Shown here: one piece after another, positions 52,914-60,116 of the stretch | Position numbering within the stretch: position 1 is the stretch's first letter | How the letters are laid out: each line of letters starts with the position of its first letter | Source: an uncultured Verrucomicrobiae bacterium | Lineage (GTDB): Bacteria; Verrucomicrobiota; Verrucomicrobiia; Chthoniobacterales; UBA10450 | Length of the DNA: 64,000 nucleotides | Direction: 5' to 3' | NCBI GenBank assembly: GCA_963726745.1 | Contig: CAVSDR010000006.1 | Coordinates: forward strand, 896,001-960,000 | The notes under the pieces: model-generated | Seen by the model: the letters and a program-made list of their open reading frames with translations, nothing else | Told to the model about the DNA's origin: nothing | Databases searched by the model: none | Program-made: the position numbers and the translations under genes

Positions 52914-53609
52914 ATGTTTGCCCCCGAAGAATTTCTCGACCTCGGCCACACGGCGCACCGGAAACTCTTCGAGGACCAGAAATACGTCTGGGACGCGCTC
53001 AAGCAGATCGCGAGTTACCTGAAGTTCCGGCTCAAGCCGGCGGTGCTCGGGGAATTAATCGGCAAGCCGTTCATCAGCGACGCGGTTTTCATCGGCGCGG
53101 GCACGATCGTCGAGCAGGGCGCGATGCTGAAAGGCCCGGCCTGGATCGGCGAGAATTGTTACATCCGCAGCGGCTGCTATGTGCGCGAGAACGTGATCGC
53201 CGGCGACGGCGTGGTCATGGGCAACAGCTGCGAGTTCAAGAACTGCATCCTCTTCGACGAAGCGCAGGTGCCGCATTTCAACTACGTGGGCGACTCCGTG
53301 CTCGGCTACAAGGCGCACCTTGGCGCGGGCGTGATTCTTTCGAACGTGAAGCTCGACCACCGCGAGATTCATGTGACTTCGCATGAAGGAACGATCGACA
53401 CCGGCTTGCGGAAGTTTGGCGCGATCATCGGCGACCGGACCGAGATCGGCTGCAACGCGGTGGTGAATCCCGGCTCGATCCTCGGGCGCGACTGCATCGT
53501 TTATCCGGGGACGAATTTCCGCGGCGTGCTCCCCGCTTCCACGATCGTGAAAGTGCGGCAGAACATCCAGAGCCTGACGCGCCGCGACCTCGTGCCGGGG
53601 AAAACCTAG
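52914..53609 (+). CDS. Left-handed beta-helix (hexapeptide) acyltransferase, GlmU C-domain-like
   Basis: Hexapeptide repeats, HFNYVGDS, LGAG, RKFGAIIGD. Confidence 0.8.
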   Translation: MFAPEEFLDLGHTAHRKLFEDQKYVWDALKQIASYLKFRLKPAVLGELIGKPFISDAVFIGAGTIVEQGAMLKGPAWIGENCYIRSGCYVRENVIAGDGVVMGNSCEFKNCILFDEAQVPHFNYVGDSVLGYKAHLGAGVILSNVKLDHREIHVTSHEGTIDTGLRKFGAIIGDRTEIGCNAVVNPGSILGRDCIVYPGTNFRGVLPASTIVKVRQNIQSLTRRDLVPGKT

Positions 53610-54250
53610 TCCGTCGTCAGGACGGGCTTCGTCTTTCGCCAGCCGAAGTCGAAGAGCGTGCGCTCATACCAGCGCAGATGTTTCTCCGGGAAAATTTCGT
53701 GGGCGCGCGCGAGCCACTTCTCGGCTTCGCTTTTGTTCCCGTGGGTGTAACTCCACGCAGCCTGCGCGTAGTAGAAGCCGGCGGTCTGCGTGGGGAAAGG
53801 AATTTGCCCGAGCGCTTCCTTCGCCTCGGCCTCGTTCTTCTCGCCCAGGGAAGTCAGGAAAATGCCGTAACGCAGGCGCTCGTTGGTCGCGAGAATGTTG
53901 GTTTCCTTGGCCGCGGCGCGATAGGCTTCGCGCGCTTCGGCCCATTTTCCCTGCCGGCGGAGCGCATCGCCCACATGGAGTTGCGCGAAGGTTGCGCGGT
54001 CCTTCGCGTGCGCCGCCTGGAAGCGCTCGATCGCTTCGCTGCTCTTCCCTTGCTCCGCCAGAATCAGTCCCTGCAGGTCGAGCGCGCGCGCGGAATCGCC
54101 CGCGCCTTGCAAAGCGCTGGCTGCGGCCGCGAGCTGTCCCTCTTGAAACTCTCGCTGCGCCACCGTGAGCGCATTCTCTTGCAGCGGTTCGGCGCAGAGC
54201 AACGCCGGGACCGCCAGAAAAATAGACAGCGAGATCAGCGCGCGCGGACG
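53606..54250 (-). CDS. Secreted TPR protein (start codon unresolved, abuts tRNA-Ser)
   Basis: Signal-like RRPRALISLSIFLAVPALLCA, TPR helices; YYAQAAW...FD.GW resembles the TPR block of 12489..15852. Confidence 0.6.
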   Translation of the reverse strand, partial: RPRALISLSIFLAVPALLCAEPLQENALTVAQREFQEGQLAAAASALQGAGDSARALDLQGLILAEQGKSSEAIERFQAAHAKDRATFAQLHVGDALRRQGKWAEAREAYRAAAKETNILATNERLRYGIFLTSLGEKNEAEAKEALGQIPFPTQTAGFYYAQAAWSYTHGNKSEAEKWLARAHEIFPEKHLRWYERTLFDFGWRKTKPVLTTD

Positions 54251-54252
54251 CC

Positions 54253-54340
54253 TGGCGGATGGGCAGGGATTCGAACCCTGGTTGCCTTGCGGCAAACACG
54301 CTTTCCAGGCGTGCGCATTAGACCACTCTGCCACCCATCC
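54253..54340 (-). tRNA. tRNA-Ser(GGA)
   Basis: Acceptor GGATGGG/CCCATCC, G discriminator and encoded CCA, anticodon arm CACGC-CTGGAAA-GCGTG, long variable arm, GGTTCGAATCC. Confidence 0.96.
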
Positions 54341-54354
54341 TCGAGACATCGCGC

Positions 54355-55176
54355 TCAAAGCTGAACGCGCCGGAACAACTCGTCGAGGGGCAGTTGCAGC
54401 GCGACATAAAATTCACCGAAATCTCCGTAGTCCGCGCTCACCGGGTCGAACCGCATCTGGTAGACGATCGATTTGATCTGGAAAGTGTCGCGCGCAAAGA
54501 GGGTCACGCCCCACTCGGCATCGTCGATCCCGGTGGAGCCGGTGATGAGCTGCTTCACTTTGCCGGCATATTGGCGGCCAACCGCGCCATGCCCGAGCAT
54601 GAGCTTGCGGCGCTCTTCAAACGGAAGCGCATACCAGTTGCGCTGCTCGCCGCGGCGCTTGCTCATATTATAGAAGCAAACGACCGGCCAGTCCGGCAGC
54701 GTCGGGTAAACGCGCTCGTGGCGGTAATGCTTCATCCGCTCGTCGAACGCAGCCATCGACTTCTCGAATTCCGGCGTCCCGTGGGTCACCCCCTGCTCGC
54801 GCTCGAGGATGGCGGCGTATTCCTCGGCTGAAGTCTTGTATTCGCTCTCCTCGGTTAACGAGAGGTAGCTGTAGACGGGAATGAGCACGTCAGCCCCGAG
54901 CGATTGGCTGAGCTGCTTCTCGATCCGATTGGCCACATGGAGGTCGGGCGTGATCAACATGAAGCCGAGATCGGCTTTCGGCGTGACCACGCTCATGGTC
55001 AGGAGCTGGGTCGACTCCAGCGCGCGCGTCTCCTGCACCAGCTCGGCCAGGCGGGTCTTGGCCGCGCGCTGTTCCTCCGCGGTCAGCAGCTGCCATTGGC
55101 CAAACTCGATCCGGTAAAAGAGATGCAGGCAATGCCAGCCTTGCTCGGGAATAAGGGTGCCGCTCTCCTGGTCCAT
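54355..55176 (-). CDS. hemQ: Coproheme decarboxylase (chlorite dismutase family)
   Basis: GW..LH, KADL, YSYLS..E.S.Y, CFYNMSKRR....NWY, H...GR.YAG.V.Q.ITGS.G.DD.EWGVTLF. Confidence 0.8.
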   Translation of the reverse strand: MDQESGTLIPEQGWHCLHLFYRIEFGQWQLLTAEEQRAAKTRLAELVQETRALESTQLLTMSVVTPKADLGFMLITPDLHVANRIEKQLSQSLGADVLIPVYSYLSLTEESEYKTSAEEYAAILEREQGVTHGTPEFEKSMAAFDERMKHYRHERVYPTLPDWPVVCFYNMSKRRGEQRNWYALPFEERRKLMLGHGAVGRQYAGKVKQLITGSTGIDDAEWGVTLFARDTFQIKSIVYQMRFDPVSADYGDFGEFYVALQLPLDELFRRVQL

Positions 55177-55232
55177 CGGAGGGCAAGTGTCGCGAGCGCG
55201 GGATGGAGGGTCAAGCGCGCCGGCGGGCGAGC

Positions 55233-56036
55233 CTAGCGCGCGGCCGCGGCGGCGCTTGGCAGGTGCTCGAGGCAATACTCCTCGCCATCGCGGGCCACGC
55301 GGAACTCGCGCTCGGGATCGCTCAGCTCGGTCGCGCCGCAAAGCGCGCAACGATGGAGCGGCTCGGCCTCGCTCCGGCTTTGCATTTCAAAACGTTTCCG
55401 CCGCGTGGCCGTCTCCTGCCGATTGCGCACGCGGTGCCAAAGCCCCGGGCCGAAGAAGATGAAGAAATTAGCCAGCGCTGCGAGCAGGGCCATGCGGTAG
55501 GCATTCGACTCGACCACGAAACCGGCGGCGAGGAAGGCGGCCAGGATCCAGGCGAGCCATTTGATCCGCATCGGCAGGATGAAAAAGACGTAGATGACCT
55601 CGTCCGGATAAAACCAGGCGAAGGCAAAGAAGAGCGTCGAGGCGAGCATGCTGTTGGAGAATTCCGCCCCGAAGAGAAACGCGGCCACGGTGGTCCCGAG
55701 CATGCCGACGAGAAAATAGAGCGTGAGCCGGAAGGCGCCCCAGGCGCGCTCGAGCCCTTCGCCGATGAACCAGAGAAACCAGAGCGCGATCACTACCCAG
55801 AGCGGAGAAAGCAGCGCGCCCGGCCGCGCGGGGGCATTAGGCAGGAAGATGTAGGTTACCAGCCGCCAGACTTCGCCCTTCAGAATCTTCGCCGGCTCCA
55901 GTTGCAGGACCGCGAGGAACTCCGGCGCGATGAACGTGAGCACATAGACCAGCGCGGTGAAGGCGACCACGATGCGGATGAGCCCCGGGATCGCGAGAAA
56001 GCCCATGCGTCGCTCCAATTTATCCAGCACGGTCAT
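55233..56036 (-). CDS. Rhomboid-like membrane protein with C-terminal Cys-rich motif
   Basis: GEVWRLVTYIF, several TM helices, HRC..CG.TE...YCLEH. Confidence 0.7.
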   Translation of the reverse strand: MTVLDKLERRMGFLAIPGLIRIVVAFTALVYVLTFIAPEFLAVLQLEPAKILKGEVWRLVTYIFLPNAPARPGALLSPLWVVIALWFLWFIGEGLERAWGAFRLTLYFLVGMLGTTVAAFLFGAEFSNSMLASTLFFAFAWFYPDEVIYVFFILPMRIKWLAWILAAFLAAGFVVESNAYRMALLAALANFFIFFGPGLWHRVRNRQETATRRKRFEMQSRSEAEPLHRCALCGATELSDPEREFRVARDGEEYCLEHLPSAAAAAR

Positions 56037-56123
56037 TGTCCTATCATCGTAAACGCCCCGGCTCGCGGTTCCACAGAGGCCGCGCAGATTGACGCCGCCA
56101 AGCCGCCGCCTAGCTTGGCGCTC

Positions 56124-57227
56124 GTGAGCGACGCCGCCGAAAAAACCACCCCCCTTTATGAGGAACACCGGCGCGCGGGCGCGAAGCTGATCCCCTTCGG
56201 CGGCTGGCTCATGCCGGTGCAATACACCAGCATCAGCGAGGAGCATCAGGCGGTGCGGAACGCGGTCGGCGTCTTCGATATTTCGCACATGGGCCAGCTG
56301 ATCGCCGAGGGCCCCGGCGCGGGCGCCTGGCTCAACCGGATGCTGACGAACAACCTCGACAAGCTCGAGGTTGGCAGCGGGCAATACACTTTTCTCCTGA
56401 ACGAAAAGGCCGGAATCATCGACGACTTGATCGTCTACCGGACGGCGCCCGAGCGCTTCCTCCTGGTGGTGAACGCCTCGCGCACTGAGGAGGATTTCGC
56501 GTGGCTCCAGCAGCATTTAGGGGACGAAGCAACGCTCACAAACCGCAGCACGGACTTCGCCGGGCTCGCGATCCAGGGGCCGAAAATTGCCGAGCTTTTT
56601 CAGCACTTGTTAGGCAGCGACTTCACCCTCCCGGCGCGGAATCAAATCACGGACACGAAGCTCGACGGCGTGCCTGTTTCGATCGCGCGCACCGGTTACA
56701 CCGGGGAAGACGGGGTGGAGATTTTCTTCCCGGCCAAGGATGCTGCCGCCGTCTGGACCAAAGTGCTGGCTAAAGGCGAGCCGCTGGGCCTGCGCCCTTG
56801 TGGTCTGGGCGCACGCGATACCCTCCGCCTCGAGATGTGCTATCCGCTGAATGGCAACGACCTCACGCCGGAGCACACGCCACTCGAAGCCGGCCTCGGA
56901 TTTTTCGTCGACTTGGGCAAGCCGGAGTTCATCGGCCGCGCGGTTTTGGCCAAGGCGAAGGAAGATGGGCTGAAACGCAAGCTCGTCCCCTTCCGCATGA
57001 AGACGAAGGGTCCGCCGCCGCGGCCGCATTACGCCGTCTATGCCGGGGGCGAGCGCGTGGGCGAAGTGAACAGCGGCACCCTTTCGCCGAGCATGGGCGA
57101 AGGCATCGGCATGGCCTATGTGCCGGTCGAGTTTGCGAAAATAGGCAGCGAGTTGGAGATCGAGATTCGCGGCCAGAAATTTCCTGCTGTCATCGAAAAG
57201 AAACCTCTCTACAAGAAAGCATCATGA
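56124..57227 (+). CDS. gcvT: Glycine cleavage system T protein
   Basis: FGGW.MPVQY, FDISHMG, IIDDL, RTGYTGEDG, GLGARDTLRLE. Confidence 0.95.
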   Translation: MSDAAEKTTPLYEEHRRAGAKLIPFGGWLMPVQYTSISEEHQAVRNAVGVFDISHMGQLIAEGPGAGAWLNRMLTNNLDKLEVGSGQYTFLLNEKAGIIDDLIVYRTAPERFLLVVNASRTEEDFAWLQQHLGDEATLTNRSTDFAGLAIQGPKIAELFQHLLGSDFTLPARNQITDTKLDGVPVSIARTGYTGEDGVEIFFPAKDAAAVWTKVLAKGEPLGLRPCGLGARDTLRLEMCYPLNGNDLTPEHTPLEAGLGFFVDLGKPEFIGRAVLAKAKEDGLKRKLVPFRMKTKGPPPRPHYAVYAGGERVGEVNSGTLSPSMGEGIGMAYVPVEFAKIGSELEIEIRGQKFPAVIEKKPLYKKAS

Positions 57228-57604
57228 GCAACGTCCCCGACGATCTTCGTTACACCGAGTCGCATGAATGGGTCCGCGTGGAAGGCGACCGGGCGCGCAT
57301 CGGCATCACCGATCACGCGCAGGCCGAGCTGACCGACGTGGTCTACGTGGAGCTGCCGAAGATCGGCACCCAGGCGGAAGCGCGCGGACAGATCGCGGTG
57401 GTGGAATCGGTCAAGGCCGCGAGCGACATCTACGCGCCGATCAAGGGCGAGGTGGTGGAAGTGAACGAACAGCTTTCGAACAACCCGGCCCTGGTGAATA
57501 CCGATCCGTTCGGCGAAGGCTGGATTTTCGTCCTGAAAATGGCGAACCCGGACGACGTCCAGCAGTTGAAAGACGCTGCGGCCTACCGCCAGGCGATCGG
57601 CTAA
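57224..57604 (+). CDS. gcvH: Glycine cleavage system H protein
   Basis: SHEW, GITDHAQ, VESVKAAS (lipoyl Lys), DPFGEGW. Confidence 0.96.
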   Translation: MSNVPDDLRYTESHEWVRVEGDRARIGITDHAQAELTDVVYVELPKIGTQAEARGQIAVVESVKAASDIYAPIKGEVVEVNEQLSNNPALVNTDPFGEGWIFVLKMANPDDVQQLKDAAAYRQAIG

Positions 57605-57990
57605 CGAGCGGTGCCGGGCAGTTCGAGCAGCTCCGCGATGTAGCGCATCAGCTCTTCGACGGCCACCGGATTAGCCAGAAAGCTGTAGCCACTCAGCCAG
57701 CCGCCCGAGACCACCCGGTTTTCGTTGCTGACGTCGCCGCTGACGAAAACCATCGGCGTTTCGCGCAAACCCGGATCGCTCCGAAACGGTTGCGCCGCCA
57801 CCACGGCCTGCGGCTGAGCAAGCTCGAAGACGATCAGATCTGGCTGGAACCAACGGGCCGCGCTCACGGCCAGCCGCCGATCGTGTTCTTCGCGGATGAG
57901 ATATCTCCCCGTGCGCTCAAGGGCGCCACGCACGAGCGCGGTCGCTCGCGTCTCGTAGTCCAACAGAAGAATTTTCTTCAGGAAAGTCAT
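57601..57990 (-). CDS. Stand-alone atypical receiver-domain protein
   Basis: KKILLLD, PDLIVFE, ETPMVFVSG, FLANPV: CheY-like pattern with substituted key residues. Confidence 0.7.
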   Translation of the reverse strand: MTFLKKILLLDYETRATALVRGALERTGRYLIREEHDRRLAVSAARWFQPDLIVFELAQPQAVVAAQPFRSDPGLRETPMVFVSGDVSNENRVVSGGWLSGYSFLANPVAVEELMRYIAELLELPGTAR

Positions 57991-58038
57991 CGCACGCACC
58001 TGCCGAACTAGCAGCGCGCGTGCCTCACACCGCGATCC

Positions 58039-58713
58039 CTAGAGCAAGGAGGACAGCGTGTTGATCGTAAGCGCGAGGATGACGGTGTTGAAGCCGAAGG
58101 AAAGCGTCCCGTGAATAAGGGCCAGGCGGCGCAAGCGCTTCGAGGAAATCTCGACGTCCGAGACCTGGAAAGTCATCCCGATGACGAAGGCAAAGTAGGC
58201 GAAATCGAGATAATCCGGCCGTGAATCACTGGGAAATTCCAAGCCGCCGGCATGCTCCTTCCGGTTTTGATCATGGTCGCCGTAATACGCGTGGGCGTAG
58301 CGGAGGGTAAAAACGGTGTGCACCAGGGACCACGACGCGATCACCGCGAGCACGCTCAAGAGAAGATGCGAGGCGAGGTGCGGCTGCTCCTGCGCATGCT
58401 TGTTCGTGTAGAATAGAAAGCCAACTGCGGAGAGGCCGGCACAGGCCGCCACGATCGCAAAAATGAAGACCACGGTGCGGCCGGCATCCTGATCCCGGGC
58501 GCGCGCGCGGATGTCCTTTTGCGGAGTGAAAAGAATCGTCAGCCAGGCAAGCCCGAGGACACAGGCGGCGAAAACATCCCAAGTGGCGATGTATTGCACC
58601 GGCAATCCAGTGCGATGGCGCAAGGCCAGCCACGCGAGCGCCGCGGCCACCAACGCGATGGCCAGCCGGTCGCGCGCATCCTGTTTCGCCAGCCAGCGGG
58701 TGAAGCGTCCCAT
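58039..58713 (-). CDS. DUF1345 family membrane protein
   Basis: HTVFTLRYAH.YY, GLEFP...PDY.DFAYFAF.IGMTFQVSDV. Confidence 0.85.
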   Translation of the reverse strand: MGRFTRWLAKQDARDRLAIALVAAALAWLALRHRTGLPVQYIATWDVFAACVLGLAWLTILFTPQKDIRARARDQDAGRTVVFIFAIVAACAGLSAVGFLFYTNKHAQEQPHLASHLLLSVLAVIASWSLVHTVFTLRYAHAYYGDHDQNRKEHAGGLEFPSDSRPDYLDFAYFAFVIGMTFQVSDVEISSKRLRRLALIHGTLSFGFNTVILALTINTLSSLL

Positions 58714-58752
58714 GCGGCAAGCAACGCTTGCCGGCGCCCCGCGCGCAACTCG

Positions 58753-60114
58753 TTAGCCGAAGATCCCGAGGTTCGGATGCGCGAAGCGCCCGATGTTGGG
58801 CAGCACCGTGGGCAGATCCGAGGCGCTCACCCCAAACCAACTTGCGAGCGTGGCGGAAAATTCGTCCACCGAGGTCGTGGGAATCCAGCGACCCTGGCCG
58901 GTGTCGTCGGGGCCGTTCACTGCAAGAGTGGGGAAAGTGCCAAAAAGCCGGCCGCCCTGGACCGCGCCGCCGAGGACAAATTGATGGCTGCCCCAGCCGT
59001 GATCCGAGCCGGAACCGTTCGTGGGAAAGGTGCGGCCAAAATCGGAAGCGGTGAAAGTGGTCACCTGGTTGGCCACGCCGAGTTCAACCGTGGCGGAATA
59101 GAATGCATTCAGCGCCTGGCTCAATTCCGTGAGCAATCCCGCCTGCCCCGCGAGCTGGTCGCCGTGCGTATCGTAGCCGCCGACGGAGCAGAAGAAGATT
59201 TGCCGGCGCATGCTCAGGTTTGAGCGAGCGGCGATCAATTTCGCGACCATGTTGAGCTGCTTCGCGAGCGCGGTTGTGGGGAAAGCGGTCTGCAGCGGCG
59301 GCAAGCCGCCGAGCGCCGAGGTCAGGAGATCGTTCGCCGCAATCGACCGCGAAACCGTGTCGCCGTAGGCCTGCTCGAAGAGATTATTGTGCGGCTGCGC
59401 GAGTAATTCCTTGAAGGCCGCGAGGCGAACGTTGGCATTCGCGCTCCCGTCAAAGCCGCTTAAGCCGATGCTCCCATCCGGCGAGACGGTGTAGGGCAGG
59501 ACGGTGTTGCCGACTTCGAAGGTATTCGTCCCCGCGATCGAAAGAGAGAGCGAGATCTTCGAGCCGCTGTTGAGCGATTGCAGCAGGTCGGCCATGCGAC
59601 CGCCCCACCCGGTGCGCGAAATTTGGTCGGGCACGGAGGTCTGCCATTGGACCGATTGATCGGCGTGCGAGAAAAGCTGCTCCGGCACGGCGGCGCCGCC
59701 GGAGAGATATTGCGCGCGCGTGATCGGCGCGACCAGCGTGCCGACATTCGCGACCACGCCGAGATGACCCTGGGCGAAAAGTTGCTGCAACTCCGGAAGA
59801 TTCGGATGGAAGGCGAACTGCCGGCCGTCGCCATTAGCCAGCGAGATGGGGAGGAGCGAACTCTGTGGGAGCGCGAGCGCGCCACGCGCGGCCGCGTAGG
59901 CCGAGTAGCCGCTGGAGTCGTTAGGCACGAGGACGTTGTTGGCATCGTTCCCGCCGTAGAGAAAGAGGCAGACCAGCGCCTTGTAATCGCCGGTGTCGGC
60001 GATGGTCGCGGCGCTCAGCTTTCGCAGGTCGAAGATGGTGTTGAGCAATCCCGAGGTGGTGAGCGCGGCGCAGGCCGCCTGGCGGATGAAGGTGCGGCGA
60101 GTGGGAGCGTACAT
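58753..60114 (-). CDS. DUF1501 family protein with Tat signal
   Basis: TRRTFI Tat motif, YKALVC.FL.GGND, LFSHADQ, GGYDTH, SDFGRT, DHGWG. Confidence 0.88.
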   Translation of the reverse strand: MYAPTRRTFIRQAACAALTTSGLLNTIFDLRKLSAATIADTGDYKALVCLFLYGGNDANNVLVPNDSSGYSAYAAARGALALPQSSLLPISLANGDGRQFAFHPNLPELQQLFAQGHLGVVANVGTLVAPITRAQYLSGGAAVPEQLFSHADQSVQWQTSVPDQISRTGWGGRMADLLQSLNSGSKISLSLSIAGTNTFEVGNTVLPYTVSPDGSIGLSGFDGSANANVRLAAFKELLAQPHNNLFEQAYGDTVSRSIAANDLLTSALGGLPPLQTAFPTTALAKQLNMVAKLIAARSNLSMRRQIFFCSVGGYDTHGDQLAGQAGLLTELSQALNAFYSATVELGVANQVTTFTASDFGRTFPTNGSGSDHGWGSHQFVLGGAVQGGRLFGTFPTLAVNGPDDTGQGRWIPTTSVDEFSATLASWFGVSASDLPTVLPNIGRFAHPNLGIFG

Positions 60115-60116
60115 GA

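Noticed and set aside
54253..54340. tRNA-anchored genomic island (also at tRNA-Tyr 2686..2768)
   Set aside because: No integrase, no duplicated tRNA 3' end seen and no compositional shift in flanking genes.
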